In this document: one piece after another, positions 38,638 to 52,355 of the stretch
Numbering within the stretch: the stretch's first letter is position 1
Layout of the letters: the number at the start of each line of letters is the position of its first letter
Origin: Zygnema circumcarinatum SAG 698-1b
Taxonomy: Eukaryota; Plantae; Zygnematophyceae
Direction of reading: 5' to 3'
Assembly: GCA_037447605.1 (NCBI GenBank)
Contig: CM074804.1
Coordinates: 7,727,909 to 7,791,908 of the forward strand
DNA length: 64,000 bases
Notes under the pieces: model-generated
What the model was told of the DNA's origin: nothing
Databases searched by the model: none
The model's input: the letters and a program-made list of their open reading frames with translations, nothing else
Made by a program: the position numbers and the translations under genes

Positions 38638-39840
38638 TCAGGAATCGCCTGCTTCATAGACATTCAGTGTCGCCAGAGGAGCAATCTTTTCCAAAGCCAT
38701 TCGTACTGTGCTGCCAAATTGAACAGCTCCGTCGCTTTTCTCTACAAGGACAACTTCAGTGATGTCACTATAAACCTCCCCACCTTGGGCGATCATGGCA
38801 ATGATGGCAGCCTGTAGAGGAGGCAAACTAGGGTTGTATGCAGCACATTCCATGTACGAGCCACGATAAATTATTCCACCAGAAGTCCTTATGGCAACTC
38901 CAGACGGAGAATTGCTGTATGGAGCATAGGAGTCGTTTGCTGCTTCCAAGGCTGCTGCCAAAAGTACGTTTTGATCATCAACTTTTATGATAACTTGCCT
39001 TCCAGAAGAAGCAGCAGCGCCATTTCCATGAGCTTGCAAGAGCTTCAGGCCGTTGTCCCTAGCCTCCATGAGCAGCGGAAAATCTTTATGCAGCAAATCG
39101 TGTGGGCCAAAACGGTGGGGAAGAAATGCGGAGAGCTGCCGCTCGTCGCCATCACCACTGATGCAGATGCGGAGGTCTCCTGCGTTACGAAGCTCCGACA
39201 GAAACTGGCGGCAATGGCCACATGGCGCATGGCTGACACAAACATATTGAAGAGAGGTTTCGCCATGCTGAGATGCATTTGCAACCATAAACTGCTCAGC
39301 GTGGACTGAATGATGGAGTGGAAGTCCCGGAAACTCTAGGTTAACGCCTACATATGCGTGCCCGCTGCCGCCAATGCCTAAGGCTGCCACGTGAAAAGCA
39401 GAGATAGGAGGTCGAGCAAGAGGCATTGAGGATTGCACAATGCGAATCATGGCCTCCTTTTGGGAACCGTCGCTGTGCTCGACCTGCACCCTCTCAAGAT
39501 CTTCCGGCTGGAAAAGGAAGGGAGTTTTTCTACTCTTGTCGATCCAAACTTGAGTCCGTTTTCCTGCTGCAAAAGTCTGTGATGGCCCTTGTGTTCCATT
39601 TACTATTGTTTCTGCCAGGAGTAAACGCCGAGCTCTGTGAGTCCATGGCCGCCTGTGACCAAGTACAGCTGTATTGCTTTCAGAAAGGTATCCCGGGGGC
39701 GTTTCCAATTGCCTGCAGAAGCGTGATTTAAGCTGAGAAATGTGAGATGCTACTGAGAAGCGCGCGTTCCTCCAATCTGTGCACTGTCTACATATTGCCT
39801 GCAAACTGTGTCCTGCGTGTGTTGGCGCCATTCCAGCCAT
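38638..39840 (-). CDS. CDA: Cytidine deaminase, plant/E. coli two-domain type, single ORF with ~100 aa N-terminal extension
   Basis: PPISAFHVAALG..GVNLEFPGLPLHHSVHAEQF..HAPCGHCRQFLSEL (Zn-binding HAE and PCxxC motifs); second domain SYAPYSNSPSGVAI..GSYMECAAYNPSLPPLQAA. Confidence 0.92.
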   Translation of the reverse strand: MAGMAPTHAGHSLQAICRQCTDWRNARFSVASHISQLKSRFCRQLETPPGYLSESNTAVLGHRRPWTHRARRLLLAETIVNGTQGPSQTFAAGKRTQVWIDKSRKTPFLFQPEDLERVQVEHSDGSQKEAMIRIVQSSMPLARPPISAFHVAALGIGGSGHAYVGVNLEFPGLPLHHSVHAEQFMVANASQHGETSLQYVCVSHAPCGHCRQFLSELRNAGDLRICISGDGDERQLSAFLPHRFGPHDLLHKDFPLLMEARDNGLKLLQAHGNGAAASSGRQVIIKVDDQNVLLAAALEAANDSYAPYSNSPSGVAIRTSGGIIYRGSYMECAAYNPSLPPLQAAIIAMIAQGGEVYSDITEVVLVEKSDGAVQFGSTVRMALEKIAPLATLNVYEAGDS

Positions 39841-40029
39841 GCCGCAGCCCGCATACAGAAAAACTCCCTCCCACTCATCCGAGGCCGCTCTCCTCCCCTA
39901 CCGGCTCCCCAACCTCCTGCAGCAGTAGCAGCAGCAGCAGCAGCAGGCAGCTATGGCGACAGCAAGAATAGCGAGCCAAGATCATGGGTCTCTCACCTCT
40001 TGCGCACGCTCTCAAGAGGCGAGCATCGG

Positions 40030-40084
40030 CCAATGGTGGCTTGCCACGTGTATTCTTCTGCATACGTGGCGAATTCCCCATTGG
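40030..40084. promoter_or_regulatory. Inverted dyad CCAAT-N9-CCACG / CGTGG-N10-ATTGG in the CDA/transportin-SR bidirectional promoter
   Basis: ccaat-ggtggcttg-ccacg (40030-40048) and cgtgg-cgaattcccc-attgg (40065-40084). Confidence 0.6.
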
Positions 40085-40739
40085 ATGATGCTCGACTTTT
40101 TTTAACTTCGAAATTTCGTGGTAGTGTAACATAAATTTCAAATTTAAACTTGGGCACGAGTTCGGAAAGGAGAGAAGGATGTTTGATTGAACTCACGATG
40201 GCAAGGCCATCAAATGTACATGGATAAAATCGACATAGGGAACCAGAGGAAGCGGTCACAATGGACATAAGGACAACGAGAAAGCCTCGAAACGGAAATC
40301 TACTTCTAGGCGCAACAACACGGCACTAGGTTCGGCAAGGTGGAGGAAACATTCTATTAATACAGTACTGTACTTCATATCCGTACAATACCAGTGTTGT
40401 ACAGTACATGTCTATTGTCTTTAATTTTTGATTTTTTTTTCTGCACCTAGGCAAGAAAAGTTTTCAAATATGGCTCAGCGACGACACATTGAGCATCCCA
40501 ACGGAAAATCTTGAACTATAGGCGAAATCGACGGCCCAGAAGCGACGACGCGCTCGGCTGGATGGGAAACCACGAGGAACTCAAAATGGAGAGAGCTGAC
40601 GACCGAGGTCAGGAGCTGCAAGCAGCTTGCAGGACATACAGCATGCAAGGGTGGCTGCAAGGGTTTTGGAGAGCTATTTAGGAGTTTGGAGAGTGATCTG
40701 AAGTGATTTAGGGTGGTGGCGAGAGAGAGTGAGTTGGCC

Positions 40740-43700
40740 ATGGCTGCCACAGACACTTCGTCAACGCTCAAGCAAGCGCTGCAGGCTCTTTATCATCATC
40801 CGGAGGGGGGAATACGGACGCAAGCAAGCAAATGGCTGGAGGAGTTTCAGCAGACGCAAGAAGCATGGCAGGTTGGGAATGCGACATGGATGGCCAGGGG
40901 GCCGAATTGCATAGGAAGTTTTTCGTGCCGATTTCTTGGGGCTGCAATCTTTTTTACTCTCAAGAGAAAGTAAAGTACGTTTGGAACTTTGGAGGAATGT
41001 TGAAAAGGAAGGCTTTATCTTTCTGTGGCTGTGCAGATTGCTGATCAGCTTCTACACGATTCAAGCAGCTCGTATGAAGTATTATACTTCTGCGCTCAAA
41101 CTTTGAGAACGAAAGTGAGTTGCTGGATCCATTCTTTTCATTTCAGATTTGAAAGCTGTGGTTATAAATTAAATAAAGTACAATCCTCTTGATTACCAGA
41201 CAGTGCTCAAGGCTGGACGAGGCCGCTCAAATGGTCAGAGCATTCCCAATCGTGTTTTTTTTGAAGCTGAGCACTGGAGTCATGTATGTCAAGCAGGTTC
41301 AAAAAGATTATGAAGAGCTTCCTCCCAATGCAGCTGACTCGCTGCGGAATTCTTTATTGGTATGCCGATACACGAGCAATGATTGCCTTTTTCTCGTATC
41401 CACCATGAAATTATGTAAATTCCAGACGTATTCTGCTTGTGCTCTCTGATTTCTTGCAGTTTCTTAGAAAAATTAAAAACGACATGCCTCTAGTGTCGAG
41501 GTTGACTTGCTAAAAACCTTAGCTAGTTGGTTTCTGACACGTTTATCTTTGAGCAGGCACTTGTGGTTAGGTTTCGACAAGGACCAGCTCTCGTACGCAC
41601 GCAGGTAGTTCCAGCTTTCCCCTCTCGAATGTGACAAGCATTGGCGGCAAGGATGTACCTCAAAGTGAATGTTCTTTTTCAGACGCAGTCGTAAGCGTTT
41701 GTTGAGATCATAGTTTCATCTCTACCAACAATGTATATTTACGCGTCGCTTTCGTCCCCAGCTTTGCATTGCTTTAGCAGGTCTTGCAGCCCGTGCTTCG
41801 TCGTGGCAGTGGGGCGAGGGACGTGGCGTAATCCGGTGGCTTGCAAACGAGCTTGGCTCCCAGCCTGACGCTGGCCCCGGGCTGCTAGAGCTTCTGACTG
41901 TCTTGCCGCAGGTGCTCATATAGAGATGCTGTCAGGCAGATCAGATTGTGCACCATGTGCAAGTCTGCTACAACAAATCTTTAAGGAGCATATTTTGAAA
42001 GTGAATGACAAGGAATTGGAAATGTTACAATGAAGATCCGTTTGTGGGGTTGAATTTTCAACGATAGAACTGTTCAGCTGCCCACAGTATCATCTTTCTA
42101 AACGGTCAATAACTGATCGTGTTTCTCTAGTTCAACGTTCCTTGTTCAACCATTTTGTATGGTCGTTAAGATCCGCTGAAACATTAGTCGCTCATTGCTA
42201 ATTGTAGGATTGCTTCTTCGTGCATTTTTTTCAAGAATGGAGTCTATCATTTGTTGAAAGCGCCTCAAATAAGTTTGTTATGTTTGGTTGAAACATGTGA
42301 ATTGCAGGAAGCAGAAAGTTACGTTCGACCTGAACGTAGGCGACAGTTCTTAGGGGAGTTGACAGCTTCTGTCCCCGATGTCTTGAAGCTGCTGGAGGCA
42401 TATTTGGCTGCAAACAGCTCTTCAATTAGTCATCGGAAGCAGGTATTGTTTGGCATTCATTGGTTGAAGCCAGCCGCATTAAAGTTATCCATTGAAAGAT
42501 TGGTTCTTGCAGGCAAGACAGCCCTTTGCCTGGTGCTTGGCATTATACGTAATGGATACGTGGGGCGAAGTATTGAAGTGTTTGAAGTGTTGTGATTACC
42601 ATCTTTGTGATTGTCCACAAAATGCACAGTTACAGTATGATATGCGGCTGTGTCCAATATTTACACAGGCCACAGATGATCAAGCTGTTCTTTGACTTGT
42701 AAGCCAGCCTTCTTGTCAAGGTCGAATATACTGTATTCAAACCATTGTATCCGTTTTTTAATGCTTTTTGCAGATCTTGCAAGCCCTGGGGGCTTGGATT
42801 CGCTACGCACACGGGTGAGTCGTGTAATGTGTAGGAACACTGCGCCTCCGAATAAGGTTCATCATGAAATCTCGCAAATCGTTTATGTGGCAGTTTCGGT
42901 TGTGTTGAGCGCTCTACAAATAGGCATTCACTTTTTTTGTGCCTCAGTCACAACCTTTGTGACTTGCTTGTCATTCATTTTCGCAATAGGCATAAATGAA
43001 AGGAGAGCGTTACTGATGAAACTCGACTATCACTCTTTGTCCTTCTAACCTTTAACGATGGATGGGTGACAAACTCGTGCAGGATATCTGTTTCAAGCCT
43101 GGCCACAAGTCCTTTGATTCTGGCTGCTTTGGATGGCCTCAACGCACCTGGAACGTTTGACGAGGCTGTGGACGGTATGCTCCAGTTCTAAACATGAACA
43201 TTGGTTGATTTTTTTTTTGTCAAACGGAAAGGAGCTCAAGATTCTTTGTTGAGGGTGGTGCTTCTCTGCAGCTGTCTGCGAGTTGATCCGCTTCTCTGTC
43301 GCTGGAGGGCCGTCCAGCCTGGCCTCAAATATTGCTCTTGTGCAACTCATACTTTCGCGCTTAATGTCTGTGAAGCAACGGTTCAGTGCGGCCCTTTCGA
43401 AGGTACTGCTTGTGTTACTGGGAACTCGTAGTATTCTTATGTGTAGGAGTGACGAGTAGCAATGGCTATCCATTTTGAGATGGAAAAGGATTTTTGAAAA
43501 GATGTAGTCGTACACGCAAAGGTGCAGCACACATTGTCCAGCTGGTTCCACAATATGATTGACCGGAGATTGTCGATGAAATGTTAATGCACAGATTGAC
43601 CACTCACTTGAGTGATCTAGTTGACTTGATATTTGGGTGGATTTTGACGAACTATTTTCTATATTCTACACTATGGTTTCAGCTAAACAGACGTTTGATG

Positions 43701-46700
43701 GCAAAGTGCTTTTTCTATGGTTTAATACTGCCTTGTTTGTTTTTACAGAATTCGGTGATCAATGCTGCACCACAGGGAGGTGTAGACTTGGAGTTGGATG
43801 AGGTAGGATTGCACCTGCAGCTATCCGGGATTATATTGTGTGGATACATTTTGACAAGAATGATACCGTAACGTGTTCAACTTAGCTGATGGATTTAAAT
43901 GACCCTTCAGACCTGATGTGATTTTCAGAAAGAATAGAGCCAGATATGGAATCACCAGATATGAAATCACCTATATGTTTATTTGTCCCTGGATTTTGCT
44001 TCTGTAGGAACCTTACATTTAGGGTCGCTGCTCTTTAATCTGTTGAACTTTCGCATCCTGACTCATAGCGTTTCAAGGTGACTAAGGTCATGAAGTGCAA
44101 GTGTCATGGCTTTCTCTGTGACGGTGTCATATACCAATCATGCATGGCCGAAGGGTTTGTGAGCATGGTCACAGAAGCTGTTCGAATGCAGCTCGCATGC
44201 ATGAATTATGACCCTCATATCCTGGGTCCTTTGGTTACCCAGAACGAAGACACATTGAAGGGACTGGCAAGAGTCTTTGCCGAAATGGGAGAGGCCTATG
44301 TGGACCTCATCGCAAGTGGTATGTAAAGCCCTCTTTGCACTGTACAGATGCATTTGCTGATTAGTCGGGACTGGGAGGTTGGTCTATGCGTGTATGCAGG
44401 GATCTCGTCACTGCCTGCAGGTCCCTGTGTTTTGAATTTGTCGGAGGGGTTATGGTAGCCATATTGAACTACCATTTATCGTTGAAAGATGTTTCTAATC
44501 TGGGTCTGGTACTGTCGGCTTCACATTTTTCAGGCTCAGACGAAGCATTACAGATGGTACAGGTTATCGCGGAGGTGACTGCACATAAAGATTATGAAAT
44601 TTGTTCAATCACTTTCAACTTTTGGCATGACCTGAGCTACCACTTAAGCAAGTATGCCGCCTCATTCCTGGGCCTCAGTTGTCACAAATAGTGATGGATG
44701 CATTGAGCACTTGGGTCTAGTCGTTTGATGTACACTTTTTTGAAATTATCAGTGAAGGAAGCTAAATTTTCTGGATTCCATAGCCAGACTAGATTGACAT
44801 ATTAAGAAATTTTAGTCGAGCTTGAGCTAGTCACTTGTCTGCCAACCTCTCGTATGGAAGCGTGAGTTTAATGAGCATGGCAACCTACTTAGCCCAGTCC
44901 ATGTTGGCTTTGCAGCTCAAAGGGGGATGACTATGGAGGAAATAATGAGAAAGCTGTGAATCTTGTTGAGAAGGAGAGACGCCTGTCAGTATTTCGGCCT
45001 GTATTCGGGTTGCTTGCATCTCTTGTAAGCAGCATTCTCCTTTAGAAAATCTGTAGCATGTCATACTCCCACTTGTACAGTTGCATGTATTCTGAAGTCT
45101 TCTTCGCATATAATATAAGTTTCATTCACATAATCCTTTAAAGATTTAATGTTTGGTGCTTTCAAATGTGCAAACGCATTACACGGGGTCTGGGCATTTT
45201 TCACTGCCAGGATTGAGATCTCTCACATTCTCTTTCTCTGCAGGTTAGCTTTCGAGTCCAATATCCTCCTGAATACGAGAGCTGGAGAAAGGATGAACGA
45301 GCAGATTTCAAGCAAACACGATATGGTATCAAAGAACACTGCTTTACATTACCTTGATCTGTTGCGACGTCTAAAATGAGACGTAGAAACTAAGTATAGT
45401 TGAGCTGTTTCTATAACTGGCAATGCATAGGCCCAAGCTATCTTAGCTTTTTAGACTTTCCTTGTTTTTCCGCTTTCAGAATTTCTAACGAGAGTCGTAT
45501 TCTGTGTTTTTGATGTTGCAGCCATTGCAGATGTTCTGTTGGACACTGCTGCAGTCTATGGAGGAGAGGCTCTGCTCCAACTGCTTGCTGAGCCATTATT
45601 CAAAGTACGACAAAGAAATTCTCTTTTCCTCCAATCTCTTTGACTCGTAGTGGAATGCTCTCTTTCAACCCAATGTCATGTTGTTCGTATTCTTTGTGCT
45701 AAGTGGGAGTGAGCCTCAACGACGACAATAATAATGACCCAACTTTGACTGTGGTTGATGCAGGAAGCTGAAGCAGCTGCTGCAGGAGGGACATGGAATG
45801 TTCTTAAAGCAGAGGCTTGCTTATACTGCATTCGTGGTATTGCAAGTGTGATTCCTCGATCTGAAAGAAATGTTCTTCCCAAAGTGAGTGGTTAAGGACA
45901 ACAGATTAAGGATCCAAATGTGTTCTTGAACCCTTGTCCCTCCCTCATAGCTTTCAGATCTTCTTGATCTAGCATGTATTTTACTTTGTTTGATCTGGCA
46001 GGTGATGGAATTGTTGCCCAAGCTACCACCACAACCTTTGCTATTGTATACCGGTGAGCACCATCCTAGGCGACACTGTCAGGCATAGACGTTTCAGCTT
46101 GCTTTTTTTTCTCAAAAGGCAGCCTTAAGCTCATGTTCAAGATGCAGAGAAAAGAAAAGCGCCGTCTGATCAGTATGCACATGAAGGTTAACATCCTAGT
46201 GCAGTGTTAGAATACCATTGGATGCTGCCGATACAGCGAATAACCTCAAAGTCTTGTGGCTTTGTGTGCAGCCTCCTTGACCATTGCAGGTTATGCTGAC
46301 TGGCTTGAACAAGCAGCGAGTGTGGGAACACTGTTGCCCCCTCTACTCAGCCTTCTCACAGCTGCCCTTTCATCATCGGGTGATGCACCTGCTGCAGCAG
46401 CGCTAGCCTTCAAACATGTCTGTGATGGTGAGTTGGAAAACTTAAGGTCTGTAAACCTGTACAGTGAGTCGCGCAATTGGTAGGTCGTTGATGGTTATTA
46501 GTTTGAAGGCCCTGGCATCAGTTCAGTCTAATTGTGAAGCTTGACTTTGTTCACCTTTGAGACATTTGTTGTCTTGTTGATGATTTTTGTTTTTCCTCAG
46601 CGTTAGCGTAAGTCATTTTAGTTCAAGCGTGGTAATTCATAGATAATTCATTGCTGGACAATGTGTGAACGAAGAGCAAGTTGCTTCGTCGTAAACTGAG

Positions 46701-49700
46701 TTACGCTACTGTTTTCCTTAAATTTCTTTAAACGAAGTCCTAACACAGTCTGGCACTGTGCTGTTCTTTCAGCTGTCGACTGTAGGCTAGTTTTAAAAAT
46801 ATCAAATTGGTTGACTTAGAATCACAGAAAAGAATGCAGTATTTCAGAAATCACACGTTATGGACATGTCTGCCTGTGGTGATCAACTGCAGACGGATTG
46901 TTTTTCCCTTGAAAGTCCCCTATTCACATTGTGCGCTGTCTTCCTGAGTACATGTGGTTTCTTATAGGGGATATTGTGGCTGCTTCTGTGCAGCTTGTAG
47001 GAACCATCTTGTGGTTTCAATCGAGCCTCTTCTGCGAGTATATGAGCAGGTCATGGCAGGGGATGGCAGCCTGCGGCTCGATCCGGAGGATGAGCTAGAA
47101 ATTGTGGAAGGCCTTTGGTACGCTTCCCTCTGTAAGCATTGCCTCCCAGCTGGGCTGAGAGACTTAAAATTGATATGTGCCAGTCAATTTCAAGAGTTGT
47201 GCGGATTCAGAGGTGCTTGGACGATTGCAATCTTTGAACCTCACTGCTCATTCTGCAGTAGTCAGATCATTTGATGAGCTGGCGGATGCAAGACATTTGC
47301 ATGCATAAGTAGCATTAGCAGCACGGAAGTCTTTGCTTACTGGGCTGTTAAGCTTGGTCATTGATGAGGATAAGACTCTGAAGTTTTGTATCTTCCCATG
47401 TCGGTGTGCCCCCCTGGGAATTGCAGTTTGGTTGTCAGCGCCCTCCCGTCAGAGCAGTGCCCCAAGGCACTCCAAGCGCTGTGTCTGCCAGTTGTCACCG
47501 CCCTGGAGGTACATTTGACATCATACAGTTGACGTGAATTTGAAATCACTGCAAGAGTTTAATCAATTTTCTGGCGAGAACAATGAGCTGTACAATAGCG
47601 GTCAAATAAAGCATAGAGTCGTGCAGTATCAGCTGGGAAGTGCTTTTTTCATGATTTCGAGCGGTGTTTACTAGGATATTCTGTGCATATGCAATTCAGT
47701 CGCTTTATGCAGGAGATAGCAACACTTCGAGTCTGCTGTAGGGAGAGGTCCTTTTTTCGTAGGCCTCCTCCTGACCCTTATATCCGTTGTGTGAGCTATT
47801 TTTATTTTTGCAGAAGGTTGTCTATGCCGCCCAGACTGATGCCAGTGCAGTTCCAGTACTCAGCGTCTATTCACTTCACATTGATCGGATAGCGAATATT
47901 TTTAGGTGGGCCCCTTGCGCTAGTTGGAAAGTAGCAGTGTTTGATCAGACAACTGCTGGGATTCCCATTTCTTGTGGGACTCTGATTTTTGCTGCATGTT
48001 ATTTTCTGGTGTACAGGTAAGGCTGTTTTCTCTGCCACAGGCAAGCTGGACATTTTCTTGCTTCTGTTTCTCTTGTAGTTATTCCAAACCGTTCTTCATG
48101 CGACGAATTTGGTCACCATGAAAGTTGCAGTTTGATGCATGACTGCGCATTGGTCTATCATTGTTAATGTTGCTGACCTGTAACTGATGCAGTCATTGGC
48201 AATCTTTATGGTCGATGTCAAACTTTTGCCATAAGGTATAACGATTTTTAGATCCTCTAGCTTTTGCCATTGCAATTAAAATTACAGGACGTTGTGGCAG
48301 ATATGTACAACAACCACAACTACTAGCTGCTGTTTTCCAACAAATGTGGCCCCTTCTTCAGGCGGTGTTTAGACAGTAAGTAAAAGATTCTTTCTTATTG
48401 ACTACTCGGTATTCAATTCAGGCTCTATGTGTCCTGTGTCATTGGAGACCCTTCTTTCTTCTGGAATTCTTTATGCGGAGTATTGGTTGTCAGAAGGCTG
48501 TAGCTTTAGCCAATAGTAAGCTTTGCTATTCACCTGCATTCGTTCTTGTCTGTAATGCAGGAGAGCTTCTGACGGCAGGATTATGGAGCGCTTAGGCCGA
48601 GCATGCAAATATAGTGTATGTGACTTGAGCTGCAGCAACACCTGTAATAAGCCTGACGGGATGTGAGCTATATGTTTCGTGTTCATTACTTGCCATTGAC
48701 TCGTGGGCAGGTGAAATGACCTCTTGAGCGATATGTATGCAACCTTACCACTCAAGAGGTTCTATGTGGCAGGTACGGTCTTGCAGAGAGCATTTGGCTC
48801 CTTCCCTGGGTCCTTTGTTGGAGGAAGTCCAACGTCTGTATTTGGAGCATCAGCAGCCATGCTGCCTTTACGTAGCCAGCGAGGTTATCAAGGTAACTGT
48901 TCTCATTCTCTTGCCGAGAAAAATTGTGGAACACCTGTTGTCAGTCGTGAGAAGGTATAGAAATTTTCAGATCGTGCTTTATAATTGTCAATTTCGTGGT
49001 AGTTTATTGTATGTTCCTAATGATTTAGTATCCTACCTATCGACCTAAGGATGAAGCAGACCTTGGTGAGTTGATCGTTGGCTTTACGCCTTGTTCGTGT
49101 TTCAGGTGTTTGGCAGGGACCCATCGTGCACAGCTCCACTAGCCCACTTGATCAACGTAATGTTTGGACAAACTGTACTACTAATACAGACTCTGAAGGT
49201 ATGCTGAAACGTCGTTTTCTTTGTAGTTTAGTGGCCTGAGATTAGGGACAGTGCATATAAAAACGTGATGAAACATTGCTACGGAGCGTGCACTCATTCG
49301 GTCTCCCTCCGTCCCCTTTTTGCGAGCTCGTCTCTTTCGTTTTATGTGTAGTCCTATTGTGGAGGACGAGGACTTCCTAACCATCTTTTGTACTTGAACA
49401 CTGTAGAGACGTTTCCTAGCTTTAAGAAGCAGATCTGCATATCCGTTCATTCAGAATGGTTCTAGGTTGGAGCAGTGATCTGACAACCTTATATATCCTG
49501 TATTCTTTGGTTTTTCTTTGGCAGGATGTTACAGAGCGCCCTGATATTGCTGATGATTGCTTCCTTTTGGCGTCACGGTGCATACGATATTGCCCCGATA
49601 TTATCGTTCCATCACCAGTCTTCTCACAACTACTCGACTGTGCGCTGGCTGGAATCCTCGTCCAGCACCGGTACATCCTTGTCAAATTCCTCAACTTTTC

Positions 49701-50805
49701 TGCGTGCAGAACTGTGTTTGCTATGTTGGTGCTCTCTACAGAATGTAGTGTGCACAGTATAGTTTTGTTGGAAGTGTATTAGCCTCCATTAAGCATCGCA
49801 GGCACTGTGATGCGATTCTCCATACCATTTGTGAGAACGATGCTGTTTTGAAAATAGCTTATGTCGGAGGCTACAAGCGTGTCCTTCCTTCAGCCTCTAC
49901 TTGTCAGGAGCATCATGTTCAGTGTTTCACAGAGGATTGGGCTAGACAATGTCGAAAGTCATTTCAAACCTTTGCGTCACCTGATGGATGCAGTACTAAC
50001 TTATGATGTTTCAAATTGAACTCCTCCATGTGTGGGTTCAGCCCACACATGCACGTTGCTGCTTCCTTGAAGAATGTGTCATGGATCTGCTTTGGTTTGA
50101 GGTGAGTACCCAATTGTTTGAGAACTAAAGTGGCAGCGGCTGGATGGGCGAGTTTGGTGGATCTACAGGGAGGCATGCAAGTCCATTCTCAACTTTCTGA
50201 AAGATGCACTCGATCTGCCCCTCACCTCGGCGGGTGCTAGTTTCCGCCCAATTGTAGAAGCAGCCGTTATGCAGCGCGGTGCTCTCCTCACACGTCACTT
50301 ACTAGCTGCTCTCATGGGAGGCCTTCCAGAGTCACGCGTAGATGAGGTAAGCATTCCCACGTTAAAGGTTTTGCTTCTTTGCAAGCTCCTTTTTGGAATC
50401 AGTCTGGTAAGCTGAAGTGCTGGGGTGGATTGTAGACATCGTCATCGTAGGCGTCTTGTACTCTATTTGTCATCTCCAACCTCCATCCTTTCTAGTCCCC
50501 CACCTTCCTAACGCGTTGTCTGTATACCCCCATATCTGCAGATTGTGGATGTATTCAGGTCTCTGGCTGAGCTCAGCGGGCCCCCCATTTCCCTATGGGC
50601 CGCCGCTGTCCTGCAAGCGGTCCCGTCTGCAGCCGTCTCGGACTCAGAAAAGCGTGCCCTTTTGGAGGCCCTCGGGGCCGGAGGAACGGGAAGGGATGCG
50701 CGCAGACTCACTGCGAAGATGGAGGAGGTTTCGGAAGCTGCCAGAAGGAGCACCCGCGTGATGGAGCTCGTGCATGCGGCCCTTCAGCAGCAGCCCACGG
50801 CATAA
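40740..50805 (+). CDS. MOS14: Transportin-SR / MOS14 (importin-beta family, TNPO3 homologue), >20 exons
   Basis: LKQALQALYHHPEGGIRTQASKWLEEFQQTQEAWQ; YEVLYFCAQTLRTK|VQKDYEELP; GPALVRTQ|LCIALAGLAA; LELLTVLPQE; LARVFAEMGEAYVDLIA; EVTAHKDYEICSITFNFWH; AEACLYCIR; RPDIADDCFLLASRCIRYCP; HREACKSILNFL; ..HAALQQQPTA*. Confidence 0.9.
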
Positions 50806-52355
50806 CATCCTTTTGAGCTCGTTTTTGAAATCATCAAGCGAAGCTTTGCTGTCGGCCTTCTTGTTCTACTAGTTTTTTTCCCTTCTTTCTTTCTTTTCTT
50901 GTTGCCTTTCTTTTTTTGGCTCCTAGTAGAAGGCAACAAGTGTCGGGTATATGCACGTGAAGAAAAGCATTTTTTTTGGGGTATCTGGGTTCTAGTTTCT
51001 TCACTCTTGGCAGTCCAGGAGGGCCTTTGGAGTGTTTACCATCGTGGCTCCTGCTGTAATTTTTTTGCACAGAATTGTGGTTCGAGCGAACTGCTTAGGC
51101 CAATAAAAAGGTGTATGAAGAATGTGTGCCTGCTGGTGATGAGCAGCAGGTCCTGGTAGTCGCGTCCGCAGTCTCAGCTCCACCAGTTTTGGCGTAGGCG
51201 GAGGACAAAGCCCAGGACCTGAGGTGTGATCGATGGAGCATCGGTCAGTTTTCCAGCGATAGCGCTGTGACAGATTGGACCACAGTGCTACTCATGCCCT
51301 GCAGTTTTCACTCCAGTATTTCGACCGTTCATTTTTATGTTGATCGGCGTCATAACCGCGTTCTGTTTGGAAAATTTGGTTGTATGAGCCATTGTTCTTG
51401 AATGGTCTGTTCTTGATGGCGTCTGCAAGTATTGTAAAGATGCACTTGCGTATGACTCTTATCCTTAATATCCATTATCAGCTTACTGTATCAGCAAAGT
51501 GTTACTTTTGGTATGACAAATTCTAGTTTACACCATTGGGTGATTTCATAATTAAGAGAATCCACCGAGGATTCAAGATCTATAAAAGTCTTCCAATGAA
51601 AAATAAGTAACAACAGCAGTATGACAGGTTCAATGTTGGTCCTTGGTCCTTTGGCCACCGAAGGTCAGACGGCAGTCAGTAAAGCTAATTCACATACCAT
51701 AAGCTTTTGAAGGCTCACAGTTTTACGATGGCAAGCGATTTCACACCACTCGAAAAACCACTCCCATCTGGACCGGCCAGCGCGTCCAAGCCACAGGTTG
51801 GACAACTAAGGCTCATAAAAGTATTACGCATGGCCATCATGCAACGCCCAAACTCTAACCACATTCCTTACAGCATTCCATCATGCATCTTCTGAGTCCT
51901 CTGTACTTGTTGCACAGTCAAAGGCACATAAAACTACCAAAGCACACAATGCGGGAGTGATCAATGCCCTCATGTTCTTAGTCAAGCAACGAACTACAAG
52001 CTTGTGCACTCCCATGTTCCTCCCAAAAGAAGGAAACAGATTAAGAAGCACACAATAGGCCTTTGCGGACTGACATCAACCACGGGTAGAAAAGTGCCTC
52101 ACGGCAAAAGGGCAGCCACACCTTCCAGCCAACCCTACCACAAAGAAACATTTCTGGGCCCACGACTAGCTGAGAACGACACTGCTGCTACAAAGCTAAA
52201 CCATCCAGACTCACTCAAATGGTTCATTGGGACCATTCAAGGTTGGCTTTTCACCAATTCCCAATTCAAAGTTGACTACACGAGACTGTCAGTTTGATGC
52301 AGATGCGCGGTCAAAATCAGCAGGGTTTATGATGAGGTGCGTAGGCGCAAAGCCT

